64,000 nt of DNA from Actinomycetes bacterium. GTDB taxonomy: Bacteria; Actinomycetota; Coriobacteriia; Coriobacteriales; UBA8131. Positions within the stretch are counted from its first letter, which is position 1. Every line of letters starts with the position of its first letter. This document shows, one piece after another, positions 53,360-63,940 of this stretch. Below the pieces are notes generated by a model that worked only from the letters and a program-made list of their open reading frames with translations, did not search any database and was not told the DNA's origin. The stretch covers positions 81,017 to 145,016 of the forward strand of contig WRGR01000044.1 in NCBI GenBank assembly GCA_009787085.1, written 5' to 3'. The translations under genes and the position numbers were made by a program.

Positions 53360-55208
53360 GGCGCTCCCCTTCCAAGACGATTCTCGGCCGCTGGCCACCG
53401 GAATCCGCAGTCAGGCAAACACCGCATTCTGTGCAGCGTGCAAAGCTACAGTCCTCGGTAACCTGGCCTTCTAAAGCACACTGCCATTCCTGCTCCAGGT
53501 AGCGCTGGGAGATGCCTGTCTCGATGTGCTGCCAAGGCAAAGGCTCGTCCATCCGGTAGTCATCGGCAGCCGCCGCGTCCAAGTCGATGCCACAGCGCTC
53601 GGCGGCAACAAGCCACTGCTGGTAATCGAAGCGCTCAGTCCAAGCAGCGAAGCTGGCACCCTCCTGCCAAGCCGCCTCGATCAGCTCGGCGACCTCGCGG
53701 CCAGAGCGTGCCAGCACCGCCTCGACTTGGGAGACTTGCGGGTCGTGCCATTTCAGGCTGATCGCCTTCGCTAGGCCGGCTTGGCGCAAAAGCCCGATCC
53801 GCCGGCTGACCTCGGCCAATGGCAGTTGTCCGGACCATTGAAAGGGCGTGCCCGGTTTGGGCACGAACACTGCCACTGAAAGTGAGATGCGGATCTTGCC
53901 GCGCTCGCACTGGGGCACAGCGTCCTTGGCGGCGATGTAGGCCGCATTGGCCAGATCGGCTATCGCTACCACGTCCTCGTCCGTCTCGGTGGGCAGGCCG
54001 ATCATGAAATACAGCTTGCAGCGCCGCCAGCCACCCTCACAGGCCCGTTGGATGGCTAAGAGCAAATCGTCGGTGCTAACGTTTTTGTTGATCACATCGC
54101 GTAGGCGCTGGCTGCCAGCCTCTGGGGCAAAGGTCAGGCCGCTCTTCCGCTCCCCGGCCACCAGGCCGGCCATATCCACGCCAAAGGCATCCAACCGCTG
54201 TGAGGGCAAGGAAACCGACACCCCGGTGCCCGCGAAACACTGTTGTAGGCGGCGCAGGATATCCTCAATGTGGGAATGGTCGGTGCTGGAGAGGGAGACC
54301 AGCGACACCTCATCAAAGCCAGTACAGGCAATACCCTGCATGGCGGCTTGGACGATCATGTCGCTTGGCCGCTCACGCACTGGCCGGTAGGTCATGCCGG
54401 CTTGGCAGAAGCGGCAGCCCCGGCTGCAGCCACGCTGGATCTCAATTGCCAAGCGGTCGTGGATGGTTTCACAAAACGGCACGATGTTGGTTTTCGGCAG
54501 CAGCTCCTCGGCAAAGCCGCCAAACACCCGCCGCCTGACCCGGCGTTGGCTGCCAAAACTGGGCACATAGATCCCTTCGACCTCGGCCAGAGAGCAAAGC
54601 AGGTCGTTGAGCCGGCCTCCAGGTGTTGCCAGCCAAGCGCGGTGCTTGGCAACAAGCTCGCAGATCAGTTCTTCGGACTCACCAATGGCGATAACATCGA
54701 AGAACGGCGCTAACGGCTCTGGGTTGAAGGCTGCTGGCCCACCGCCGACCACCAGCGGCCAGCGGCCGGAAGCATTATCAACGGTGCCGGCCACGTCGTC
54801 CAGCCGCTCACAGCTACGGTGCGGCAGTCCGGCTAAATCCAACAATTCAATGATGTTGGTGGCCGCCAGCTCATGGGGAATGGTTACACCGAGCATCTCG
54901 AAGCCCGTCAAAGGCCACATGCCCTCCAAAGAGAACAGCGGTAGGCCACGCTCGCGCATCAGCGCAGCCATGTCCACCCATGGCAGGAAGGCGCGCTCGG
55001 CAGCACAACCCGGCAAGCGGTTGACGATGTCGTAGAGCAGGTTAACAGCCTGGTTGGACTGGCCGATCTCATAGACGTCAGGGTAAGCGAAGACCGCCCG
55101 GTACTCGGCATCCTTGCAGTGGACGCTCTGATACTCATGATTGATATAACGGCTGGGGCGAGTTGCTTGACCCAAAAGCCCTTCAATACGGGGCCAGAGG
55201 TTTTCCAT
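53352..55208 (-). CDS. TIGR03960-type B12-binding-domain radical SAM protein
   Basis: 618 aa with the radical-SAM triad in EIQRGCSRGCRFCQAG and an N-terminal B12-like domain. Confidence 0.85.
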   Translation of the reverse strand: MENLWPRIEGLLGQATRPSRYINHEYQSVHCKDAEYRAVFAYPDVYEIGQSNQAVNLLYDIVNRLPGCAAERAFLPWVDMAALMRERGLPLFSLEGMWPLTGFEMLGVTIPHELAATNIIELLDLAGLPHRSCERLDDVAGTVDNASGRWPLVVGGGPAAFNPEPLAPFFDVIAIGESEELICELVAKHRAWLATPGGRLNDLLCSLAEVEGIYVPSFGSQRRVRRRVFGGFAEELLPKTNIVPFCETIHDRLAIEIQRGCSRGCRFCQAGMTYRPVRERPSDMIVQAAMQGIACTGFDEVSLVSLSSTDHSHIEDILRRLQQCFAGTGVSVSLPSQRLDAFGVDMAGLVAGERKSGLTFAPEAGSQRLRDVINKNVSTDDLLLAIQRACEGGWRRCKLYFMIGLPTETDEDVVAIADLANAAYIAAKDAVPQCERGKIRISLSVAVFVPKPGTPFQWSGQLPLAEVSRRIGLLRQAGLAKAISLKWHDPQVSQVEAVLARSGREVAELIEAAWQEGASFAAWTERFDYQQWLVAAERCGIDLDAAAADDYRMDEPLPWQHIETGISQRYLEQEWQCALEGQVTEDCSFARCTECGVCLTADSGGQRPRIVLEGERHE

Positions 55209-55225
55209 ATACTGGCTCTTTCTTC

Positions 55226-56047
55226 TCAGTTCTTATCTTCGTCGGTTTCTTTGGCAGCCAACGACTCCAAGTAAAGCACCGTCAGCTTGCCTATAGCCAA
55301 AGTGCCGACATAACCCACCGTGCCTCGCACCGCCCAGCTGACCGGTGGCATCGCGGCCACCAAGCGGCGGGCCACGCCGCGCATCCCCAAGCTGCTGGCT
55401 AATATCACTGCCAGTTCTTTAAGATGTTTCATCTTGGGATCCAACCCATAGGCTACTGCCAGCTTCAAAAACATCTGCATCTGGCTGATCATCAGCACGG
55501 GCAGATCGGCTCCAGGCAAAAAGGGCACTATGGCGATCAGGCCATTGGTGATCGCGGTGGACTGGACAAGCTCATCACGCAAGGCTTCCCGCGCTATCAG
55601 CAAACAGCGTGCCCAGGACAGGGCTTTCTTGCGCTGGTTGCGCACGATCCAGCGCCCCAAGGCATCAAAGTCGCTGCGTTCAGAGATCAGCACCACATCT
55701 TGGCCGAGGGCGTCCAGAATGTGGAACAACGTCAGGGTCTTGGGGCTTGCAGCCATCAGTATCACATGCAGGTCGGCTTGGCCTAAGCCGTGTGGCAGTG
55801 TTTGATAATAGCGGCCAACCAGCAATTCCAACTGGGGGCCTTGCGGCATGAAGACCTGCTTGGCCAGCTCCTCCAGCTCTGGCGGGAAGGTCTCATCCAT
55901 CCAGATTTGCAGCTTCAGGGGCTGAGTGCCCTCCTTGACCACCCCTTTGAACAGCTTATTCATCTTTTTCAGGTCAATTGGCAAATCGAAAAGCCCCTTT
56001 ATTCCCTTTGCTCCCTTGACCTGAACCTTTTTGCGACTTTTCACCAT
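55226..56047 (-). CDS. hypothetical protein with a DUF697-like C-terminal region
   Basis: 273 aa with a Lys-rich N-terminus. The C-terminal PFLPGADLPVLMISQMQMFLKLAVAYG resembles DUF697 from memory. Overlaps rodA by 7 nt. Confidence 0.5.
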   Translation of the reverse strand: MVKSRKKVQVKGAKGIKGLFDLPIDLKKMNKLFKGVVKEGTQPLKLQIWMDETFPPELEELAKQVFMPQGPQLELLVGRYYQTLPHGLGQADLHVILMAASPKTLTLFHILDALGQDVVLISERSDFDALGRWIVRNQRKKALSWARCLLIAREALRDELVQSTAITNGLIAIVPFLPGADLPVLMISQMQMFLKLAVAYGLDPKMKHLKELAVILASSLGMRGVARRLVAAMPPVSWAVRGTVGYVGTLAIGKLTVLYLESLAAKETDEDKN

Positions 56048-57294
56048 CTTCTCCTGTCATGCAACTTGCTGACATCGTTTATCGCCTCCATGCCCAGGCT
56101 GCCCGACTGCTGGTCGCGCCCATGTGCCCAAACCGAGCCGATGAGGCCAATAGCAATATAGTTCACCAGCATAAAAGACGACCCATAGCTCAAAAAAGGC
56201 AACGGGATGCCGGTGATCGGCATCAGACCCGAGGTCATGCCGATGTTCTCGAGGATCTGGAACACCCACATCCCTACACAGCCGCAAACAATCAGCCGTC
56301 CGAAGACGTCAGCTTTGAGGGCAATCCGGATCGCCACGACTATCAGAAACACATACAGCCCCAACAGCCCTAACGCCCCCAAAAAGCCCCATTCCTCAGC
56401 CAAGACACAGAAGATGAAGTCCGTGGCGGCTTCTGGCAAGAATCCGAGTGCCGACTGGGTACCTTGGAGGTATCCCTTGCCCATAAAACCGCCAGAACCA
56501 ATAGCTATCTTGGCCTGATTCAGATTATAGCCGAGTCCGCTGGGGTCGATGCTGTTGTCCATGAACACCAACAGGCGGTTTTTCTGGTAATTTTTCAGCA
56601 ATACGTCATGCCCCGCCCAGCCGTCCAACACCGGGTCGATCAGCAATACTGCTGTGATCAAGGCCACGATCGCCAAAACAGTGATAATCAGCCATTTGCG
56701 GTCGGCACCGCCGTTGAACAGGATGGTGAAGCCGATGACGAACAACACCATGCCGGTGCCCAAGTCCGGCTGGGTCATGATTGTCAGCAGGGGCACCACC
56801 AACAAGGCCAAGCACTTCAGGTAATCCCGTCCATGCACGAGCTTGCCTCTGAACCGGCTGACCATTGCCGCCATCATCAATATCGTTGCTATCTTGGCAA
56901 ACTCACCAGGTTGAATTTGCTGCCCGAAAATATTGATCCAGCAACGGGCACCATTGACTTCCACGCCGAGTCCCGGCAACAGTGGCAAAAGGTTCAACAC
57001 GGCGGCCACAATCAGCAGCGGCAGCAGCATGTTCAAGAGGCGACGATAATCGAATGCCCAGACCAATACCATGAACACCGCGCCCAAGACGACTCCGCTG
57101 AGTTGACGGGAGAAATTATAGTCCGCCCGGTTGAACACCGCACTATACACCACCACCAAGCCGAAGGCTGTGATCATGGCCAGTGCGATGAGCAAAGGCC
57201 AGTTGATGCCCGCCAAAAAGCGGCGCAACAGCGATGGTCGCTGCTCGCCGATACGAGCGTGGACACCCCTTTTGGACGGGCTAACCGTGTCCAT
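56041..57294 (-). CDS. rodA: SEDS-family peptidoglycan polymerase
   Basis: 417 aa, polytopic, with QPGEFAK, SDFIF-like TDFIFCVLAEEWG and PLPFLSYGSS. Confidence 0.9.
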   Translation of the reverse strand: MDTVSPSKRGVHARIGEQRPSLLRRFLAGINWPLLIALAMITAFGLVVVYSAVFNRADYNFSRQLSGVVLGAVFMVLVWAFDYRRLLNMLLPLLIVAAVLNLLPLLPGLGVEVNGARCWINIFGQQIQPGEFAKIATILMMAAMVSRFRGKLVHGRDYLKCLALLVVPLLTIMTQPDLGTGMVLFVIGFTILFNGGADRKWLIITVLAIVALITAVLLIDPVLDGWAGHDVLLKNYQKNRLLVFMDNSIDPSGLGYNLNQAKIAIGSGGFMGKGYLQGTQSALGFLPEAATDFIFCVLAEEWGFLGALGLLGLYVFLIVVAIRIALKADVFGRLIVCGCVGMWVFQILENIGMTSGLMPITGIPLPFLSYGSSFMLVNYIAIGLIGSVWAHGRDQQSGSLGMEAINDVSKLHDRRRW

Positions 57295-59375
57295 CAGTCA
57301 CCGTGAATTGCCGGGCCGGCACGCACCGGGCCGAGGTCGACGCCATAGATAGCGGCCAGAGTATGCTGAACAGCAGGCAAGGCTACACTGTCGCCGGTGC
57401 CGGCCTGTTCGACACAGCAGGCCACACAGTACTTCGGTTTGCCTGCCGGAGCAAAGGCTGCCAGCCAAGAGCAGGTTTCTTTGGGGGGAACCTCGCCGGT
57501 GCCGGTCTTGCAGGCCACCTGTACTGGCAGCTTGGTGAAGTCCTCGGCTAAACGGTTGGCAACCCGCTCCAAGCCATCGTGAAGGCGCGCTAGGTGCTTT
57601 TTAGTGACGTGGGGCTGTACATCACTTTCCTGCACTTGATACTCCTTTATCACCCCGCCCGTATCGTCCAGCGTTTGGCGGTAGAGATGCGTTTTGAGCA
57701 TCCTGCCACCCCGGGCAATGCCGGCATAGCCGTTGCATATCTGCAACGGTGTAACTAGGATATCACCTTGGCCGATTGACATGTTCGTCATGTCACCGCC
57801 CTGCCATAGCGACTGTTCCGGGGTTTCCCGGTAAAAATTGCGCTTCCAAGCAGCATCCGGAACCCGGCCGGTGGACTCACCGGGAATGTCCAAGCCGGTC
57901 TTCGAGCCGAAGCCCCAAGTGCGGAGGTACTCTTGAAAGGTGTCCTGTTTGGCATCGGCGGCCTGATTTGCCCAAATCCTGAAGAAGTTAGCCCCAACAT
58001 CATAGAAGAAGGGGTCGCAGCTATGGTTGATTGCCTCTTCAAAGCCAAGGGTGCCATGCCCGGGAGGCTTCAGCCAACATTTCTGCGGCCAGTCCTTGCT
58101 GAAGCCTGTCCAGACACCCGTGCAGTAACTGGTAGTATCGTCTTTGATAATGCCGTTCTCCATACCGGCCATCGAGACAAAGGCTTTGAATGTCGAGGCC
58201 GCCGGATAGAGTCCGGAGATTGCCCGATTGGTCATCGGGTAGTCCGAGGCCTTGTTGGTCAGCGATGTCCAGAGGTCTTGGGAAATGCCGTTGACAAAGC
58301 TAGATGGGTCGTAGGTCGGCCAACTGGAACAGGCGAGGATGCCGCCGTCTTCGATGTCGATACAAACCAACGCACCAGCATTGCAGTGGGTCCGGCCGAT
58401 GGAGACAGCGGAGGCGATCACTGCCGGCAGAATGCGGTCAGTAGCCTTTTGCAGGTCAAGGTCAATGGTCAGACTGACATCGTGGCCGTTGGCCGAGGGT
58501 ACTTCGTCCACCAAGGCCACCGGGTTGCCGCCTGCATCTACCTGATAGGTACGCTTGCCCTTGACGCCTACCAGATCGTCCTCGAAAGCCTCTTCTGCAC
58601 CTCCCCGCCCCACCAAGTCGCCGTTCTCATAACCGGAGTTGGTGGGTGCCTTCAGCTCTTCCTCAGTGATTGGCGCGGTGTAGCCCAACAAATGCGCTGC
58701 CAAGCTGCCATGGGGGTAATGGCGGATCACCTTTTGGTCTATTGTCACCCCAACAAAAAGCTGTGGATGAGCCTTGATGTAGGCGGCAGCACGCAGCGGC
58801 ACTTCGGTGGCCAGCACCCGGTCGGACTGGGCGGCCACCATCTCGTCGAGAAGCTTCAGGCGCAAGATACCCTTGGGGATGCCGAGTACCAAGGAGAGCC
58901 GGTAGACTAAGTTGCGGTCATCGGCAACTTTTCTCGGTGCAATGACACTCAGAGATGCCCGGTTGCCCACCAGCTCTTTGCCATTGCGATCGAGTATCCG
59001 GCCACGAACGGCCGGAGTGGGAACATCTCTGTGCATCAATTGCTCGGCCTCTTGGGTATAACGGTCGCCAGAGAGCAGCTGTAGGCTCCAGAGCTTGACC
59101 ATCAAGGTGCCGATGATCGCCGCAATTGCCAAGCTAAAGAGATAGATACGTCCCTTGCCCTGTTCCCGCTGGCTCTCAGAGACGCTCTCCATATCCTTGG
59201 GGATGTCGATGCCCACCCCCTCACGGGTGCTATGCCGCCCAAAACTTTGCTTGACCACGATCTTCTTTTCCTTTTGCCCATGGTGCCGCAAGAAGAGCAC
59301 GGTAGCTGCCACCACCAAGGCAAAGACCAAGATACCGACGATCAACGCTATGACCACACCTAGTATGCCCGTCAT
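57294..59375 (-). CDS. mrdA: penicillin-binding protein 2 (class B transpeptidase)
   Basis: 693 aa with an N-terminal TM helix, a dimerisation domain, the STFK active site in AASTFKAF, and KTGTG. Confidence 0.9.
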   Translation of the reverse strand: MTGILGVVIALIVGILVFALVVAATVLFLRHHGQKEKKIVVKQSFGRHSTREGVGIDIPKDMESVSESQREQGKGRIYLFSLAIAAIIGTLMVKLWSLQLLSGDRYTQEAEQLMHRDVPTPAVRGRILDRNGKELVGNRASLSVIAPRKVADDRNLVYRLSLVLGIPKGILRLKLLDEMVAAQSDRVLATEVPLRAAAYIKAHPQLFVGVTIDQKVIRHYPHGSLAAHLLGYTAPITEEELKAPTNSGYENGDLVGRGGAEEAFEDDLVGVKGKRTYQVDAGGNPVALVDEVPSANGHDVSLTIDLDLQKATDRILPAVIASAVSIGRTHCNAGALVCIDIEDGGILACSSWPTYDPSSFVNGISQDLWTSLTNKASDYPMTNRAISGLYPAASTFKAFVSMAGMENGIIKDDTTSYCTGVWTGFSKDWPQKCWLKPPGHGTLGFEEAINHSCDPFFYDVGANFFRIWANQAADAKQDTFQEYLRTWGFGSKTGLDIPGESTGRVPDAAWKRNFYRETPEQSLWQGGDMTNMSIGQGDILVTPLQICNGYAGIARGGRMLKTHLYRQTLDDTGGVIKEYQVQESDVQPHVTKKHLARLHDGLERVANRLAEDFTKLPVQVACKTGTGEVPPKETCSWLAAFAPAGKPKYCVACCVEQAGTGDSVALPAVQHTLAAIYGVDLGPVRAGPAIHGD

Positions 59376-59920
59376 ATCGGCGGCAACCTGTCTTTTAGCG
59401 ATCCGGAACCGGCAAGGCCAGTGCCGCCCTTGGGAGCTTTGCGGCGTTTACTGATCAGCAGGATCAAGACGGCGATCACTGAGTCGAAAACAGTGGCTGG
59501 CAGAACAATGGTCAACAGGGAGTACAGGAAATCAAGCTCGTAGCCAATCACCGACATCACGATGGCATATATCAGCTCGCCAACCAAAAGCGAGACAACG
59601 ACGGCCAGCACCTGCATCGGCAAGAATTGCAAGCCGGGCATTTCACGGATATTGCTAACTAAAAAAGCAACAATGCATAAGGTCAAGGCCCCCGGGCCGA
59701 TCGGCGCGACACTTACCAAGTCGTAGAGCAAGCCGGCAAAAAATCCGTAAAGGGTGGCTGGCAGACGCTCCGAGCTGAGAGAGTTGAGAACGACGAAGCA
59801 GAGCATCAGGCTGGGCACCACACCACCAATGGCAACGTTCGGAGCCAAGGCGACCTGTGCCACCAGTGCCACCAAGAGCATAATCAAGGGGAAGGCTGGC
59901 AGACGGGAACGCCCGTTCAT
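59372..59920 (-). CDS. mreD: rod shape-determining protein MreD
   Basis: 182-aa membrane protein positioned between mreC and pbp2, with 4-nt overlaps on both sides. Confidence 0.8.
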   Translation of the reverse strand: MNGRSRLPAFPLIMLLVALVAQVALAPNVAIGGVVPSLMLCFVVLNSLSSERLPATLYGFFAGLLYDLVSVAPIGPGALTLCIVAFLVSNIREMPGLQFLPMQVLAVVVSLLVGELIYAIVMSVIGYELDFLYSLLTIVLPATVFDSVIAVLILLISKRRKAPKGGTGLAGSGSLKDRLPPI

Positions 59921-60765
59921 TGGGCGCTGCCTTCGCTGCCAGTGATCACCAAGACCTCTTCAAAGCTTTGTGCCCGGCTCAGTTGCTGAACCACGATGGT
60001 CTTATAGACATCGGACGGTTTGAAATCGACACTTAACACCGTGCCGACGGGGATCCCCTTGGGGTAAACCCCACCAGCCCCGGAAGTGATCAGTGTCTCT
60101 CCCGGACTGACATCCACATTCATGGCAATATAACGCAGGTAAAGGGTACCGTCGGGAGAACCCTCCAGAATACCTTCAGCCCGTGTGCTCTGGATGAACA
60201 CCGCCAAGCCGCTACGCTCATCAGCAATCAGGCGCACCACCGAACTGGTGGGCCCGGAAGCCTCGATTTGGCCGATCAGGCCGTTGGCGCTAATCACCGG
60301 TAGACCGGCATGGAGGCCGTCGTTGGTGCCCTTGTTGATGGTGATGCTGCGATCCCAAGAGTCCGTGCCTTGGCTGATCACCCGGGCACCTACCGACTGC
60401 AGGTGATAGGCATCGCTGATGTCCAGCAGTGCCGAGAGCTTCTCGTTTTCCAGCTCGTATTCTTGCAGACGGATATTGTCCGAACGCAGCCGCTCGTTTT
60501 CTGCCCGCATCGCCGAGATGTCGTCGGTAGAGAGGCTCATGTTGTCAAAGCTGCTGCCCATACCGCGCAGGGGTGCAGCGATAAACGAACCGGCCGTCTG
60601 CAAGGGGGCGGTAAGTACGGAGGCACCAGATCGGATCTTGTGCAACACCCCCCCATCACCTTCTCGCACCCAGACAGTAATAGCCACTAATGACAACAAG
60701 CAACAAACAACAAGCACCGGCAAGCTGCGGTCCTTGCCGACCTGCTTATGCTGTTCCAAAGGCAT
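59917..60765 (-). CDS. mreC: rod shape-determining protein MreC
   Basis: 282 aa with a TM helix, a coiled coil (ENERLRSDNIRLQEYELENEKL) and a beta-barrel region with GLIGQI and GGVYPKGIPVG. Confidence 0.9.
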   Translation of the reverse strand: MPLEQHKQVGKDRSLPVLVVCCLLSLVAITVWVREGDGGVLHKIRSGASVLTAPLQTAGSFIAAPLRGMGSSFDNMSLSTDDISAMRAENERLRSDNIRLQEYELENEKLSALLDISDAYHLQSVGARVISQGTDSWDRSITINKGTNDGLHAGLPVISANGLIGQIEASGPTSSVVRLIADERSGLAVFIQSTRAEGILEGSPDGTLYLRYIAMNVDVSPGETLITSGAGGVYPKGIPVGTVLSVDFKPSDVYKTIVVQQLSRAQSFEEVLVITGSEGSAQ

Positions 60766-60782
60766 GCGCTACGCCTGCCAGA

Positions 60783-61823
60783 TTAACGCTGCGTATAGGA
60801 GCGTTGGAGGGCGATCGGGTTCTCCAACGCCCGGACGCAGCCGACTACGACATTGGTGAAAGCAGTGTCAGATGCATAAACTGGCACTTCAAGCTCGTTG
60901 GTAAGGTAGATGTCGAGCATTTTCATCATCCCGCCGCCGCCGGTGAGCAACACACCGTTGCGGATGATATCGCCAGCCAAGTCAGGATCCGTCTCCAAGA
61001 AGGTTTCCTTGATGGCAATCAGGATCTCTTGCAGGGGGGCACGGATGCCTTCGCGGACATCCTCGGACTGGATAATCTCGCTGCGAGGCAAGTTGGTGGC
61101 CAAGTCGCGCCCGGATATCTCCATGTCCAGCTCGCCTGTGGAGATAGGCATGGCCGAGCCAATCGCGATCTTGATGTCCTCGGCGGTACGCACGCCGATG
61201 TTCAACCCGTAGACCTCGCGGATGTGGCGGGCAACTGCCTCATCGAACTCATTGCCAGCAATGCGCAAGGAGTTCGAGGTGACGATACCGCCCAGCGATA
61301 TCACGGCTATCTCGGTAGTGCCGCCACCGATGTCCACCACCATGGAACCAGTAGGCTCCTCGACTGGGAGTCCGGCCCCAATGGCCGCTGCCATCGGCTC
61401 CTCAATCAAGAAGGCCTGCCGTGCCCCGGCTTGGATGGTTGCCTCAAATACGGCACGCTTTTCTACAGATGTTACTCCACAGGGGATGCAGATCACGATA
61501 CGCGGCTTAGGCTGGTAAAAACGGGTGCGGCGGTTGGCCTTCTGGATAAAATAAGAAAGCATCGCCTCAGTAACATCATAGTCGGCTATCACCCCGTCGG
61601 CCAAGGGCTTCTCCACGGAGATGTTGCCGGGATTACGACCGATCATCTCCCGGGCCTCAGTACCCACGGACAGCACCCGGTTGGCATCAGAGTCAATAGC
61701 CACCACCGATGGCTCGTTCAAGACGATGCCCTCGCCGGGGATGGCCACCAAGGTGTTTGCCGTACCCAAGTCAATGGCCATATCACAGCTCCATTGATTG
61801 AACAGGTTATCGAGAAAGGACAT
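60783..61823 (-). CDS. mreB: actin-like rod shape-determining protein MreB
   Basis: 346 aa with AIDLGTANTLV, DIGGGTTE and LTGGGGMM. Confidence 0.95.
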   Translation of the reverse strand: MSFLDNLFNQWSCDMAIDLGTANTLVAIPGEGIVLNEPSVVAIDSDANRVLSVGTEAREMIGRNPGNISVEKPLADGVIADYDVTEAMLSYFIQKANRRTRFYQPKPRIVICIPCGVTSVEKRAVFEATIQAGARQAFLIEEPMAAAIGAGLPVEEPTGSMVVDIGGGTTEIAVISLGGIVTSNSLRIAGNEFDEAVARHIREVYGLNIGVRTAEDIKIAIGSAMPISTGELDMEISGRDLATNLPRSEIIQSEDVREGIRAPLQEILIAIKETFLETDPDLAGDIIRNGVLLTGGGGMMKMLDIYLTNELEVPVYASDTAFTNVVVGCVRALENPIALQRSYTQR

Positions 61824-61925
61824 GGGTTTCCTTATCCATAGCTCAGCGTATTCAAAGTCGCACTGCTCTTCTGCGCAACTTTGTATTTTACCACATGCCC
61901 AAGATTTTCCCCAGAGCGCCGTGGC

Positions 61926-63356
61926 TTATGTGGTCGATGCGAAGACTAGATCAATGCCGTTGATCTTCCAGCCGATCATGTCCCGCACCAAATTGATCTG
62001 GTAATGGACGATGCCCCCCTCGGGTAGCTGGACATCGACCAATGCCGTGGTCTCGTTCATTGATGCGCTCATGCCGATCACTTTAACCTTGCTGGAATCC
62101 ACTTGCACCACCGAGTTGACGATACGCTGAAAATCGGCCTGCCTGTCGTCGGCCACGTTCACCCAGCTGTCGGTGACCGACCCCGAACCAGCATGCGCGT
62201 CGAAGAAACGATTTATCACCGCCTGTTGGCTAGGGTAACCGACGCCTTGGACGTAGCAGACGATTGCAGCAGCCAATGCCAAAACGACAACGACGATAAC
62301 CGCCAAAAAGACCTTCAAGCCGGTGTGGCGCAATTTCTTCTCTTTTTTGACGCTCTGCTTGCCGGCCTCTATCAACTCGGCATCAGTGGCAGTAAAAAAG
62401 CCGGTGTTCTCGGCCGAGGGGATGTTGGCGCCAACGACCATCGGCCCAGAGACCTCAGCATCCAAGGGCTTCAATCCCGTCGGGTCGTCAAAGAGGCTGT
62501 CCGGCTCTTGGTAGCCATCCGTAAGGCCATCCTCGCCGCCGCCGAGCGCCATGTCTTGGCCGCTATGGGATGAGTCGTCAGTATCAGCATCAGTATCAGC
62601 ATCGGCTCTTGGGTTGGAACTGTCGGTTTCGGCTAGATGGGCCTTGGCCTCCCGCAGCTGTTGCCGGGAACGGTCGGAGATCTGGTAATCTGCGCCCATC
62701 TGGGCATCGTTGAAGGCTTGGATGGCCTTGTCGTACTGGGCATCAAGAAAATATGCAGCACCGAGGCGCTCATAGGTCTTATGCAGGGTGGCACCAGTGA
62801 CCCGAAAGTCCAAAATGGCCAAATAAGCCTTGATGGCATCAGCTGGGCGGTCGAGGGTGCAAAAAGACGCCCCCAAGTTCATCAAGGCCTTCACCGGGTT
62901 GGGATTATTCTCGTCTAAGGCTGCAGTGCGGTAGGCAGTACCCGCCTCGACGATGCGCTTCAGCTTGCTCAAGGCATTGCCCATACCCATCCAAGCCCGG
63001 TAAGGGGTCGGATAGTAGCGATCGTCCAAAGCCGCATGATACTCCTCGATCGCCTCATCGTAGCGTCCGAGCGCTGAGAAGGCAGTGCCCATGTTGACAT
63101 GGATGCTGCCGCGCTCGGAATAGTCGCTGTCTTCCAACGACTTGTGATAGGCGGCTACAGCCTCCTCATAACGCTTCACCTTGATCAGGCAGTTTCCCAA
63201 GCGGTGGTAGACGAGCCCCTTATCACCGCTCTCAAACTCCGACTGGTCTTCTTTCAAGCAGCGGAAATAACCCTCCAGTGCCCTGGCGTATTCACCTGAG
63301 TTGTAAGCGATGGTCGCTTGTTCGTAACTATAGCTTTGCACGTCTGCTCTCCGCAA
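61926..63356 (-). CDS. TPR-repeat membrane protein
   Basis: 476 aa with several TPR units at the N-terminus, an acidic DADTDADTDD linker (12-bp tandem at 62578-62601), one TM helix and a C-terminal extracytoplasmic domain. Confidence 0.7.
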   Translation of the reverse strand: MRRADVQSYSYEQATIAYNSGEYARALEGYFRCLKEDQSEFESGDKGLVYHRLGNCLIKVKRYEEAVAAYHKSLEDSDYSERGSIHVNMGTAFSALGRYDEAIEEYHAALDDRYYPTPYRAWMGMGNALSKLKRIVEAGTAYRTAALDENNPNPVKALMNLGASFCTLDRPADAIKAYLAILDFRVTGATLHKTYERLGAAYFLDAQYDKAIQAFNDAQMGADYQISDRSRQQLREAKAHLAETDSSNPRADADTDADTDDSSHSGQDMALGGGEDGLTDGYQEPDSLFDDPTGLKPLDAEVSGPMVVGANIPSAENTGFFTATDAELIEAGKQSVKKEKKLRHTGLKVFLAVIVVVVLALAAAIVCYVQGVGYPSQQAVINRFFDAHAGSGSVTDSWVNVADDRQADFQRIVNSVVQVDSSKVKVIGMSASMNETTALVDVQLPEGGIVHYQINLVRDMIGWKINGIDLVFASTT

Positions 63357-63890
63357 TCAGTTGCTGGCATTCTCAATGCTCACCGACTCAATGATATCGC
63401 CCACCCCCAGTGCATGGATCACCGCTAAAGACTCCTGGTCTGCGGGATCTCCAAACACCGTGTAATTGTCGTCCAAGAAGGGCTGTGGCCCTAGGCAGAA
63501 ATAGAACTGCGACCCAGCAGAGTCCGGATCCTGGGAGCGAGCCTGAGCCAAGGTGCCGTCTTGATGCTTGTTGTTCGGGTTCTGTTTCCACTCGCCCTTG
63601 ATGCTATAGCCGGGGCCACCAGTGCCCGGAGGCGGATAGGCATTGCCCGATTTGACCTGCTCCGAGGTCAAGTCCCGGGTATGGGGGCAGCCGCCTTGGA
63701 CAACAAAGCCAGGCTCATAGCGATGGAACTTAAGGCCATCATAAAACCCCTTCTGTGCCAACTCGACGAAGTTAGCAACATGGATAGGAGCATCCTTTCC
63801 GGCCAATTTCACTCTAATAACACCTTTTGAAGTGTTGATCCTAGCAATCTCGTCGCCGCTCGGCAGATACTGCGGTGTATACAAAGACAT
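63357..63890 (-). CDS. cyclophilin-type peptidyl-prolyl cis-trans isomerase
   Basis: 177 aa with FHRYEPGFVVQGG and SAGSQFYFCLG. Confidence 0.9.
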   Translation of the reverse strand: MSLYTPQYLPSGDEIARINTSKGVIRVKLAGKDAPIHVANFVELAQKGFYDGLKFHRYEPGFVVQGGCPHTRDLTSEQVKSGNAYPPPGTGGPGYSIKGEWKQNPNNKHQDGTLAQARSQDPDSAGSQFYFCLGPQPFLDDNYTVFGDPADQESLAVIHALGVGDIIESVSIENASN

Positions 63891-63940
63891 TCAAAGCCTC
63901 CTTATGGTTCCCTTTTTGGAAAAGAAATCGCGGTTCCCAT

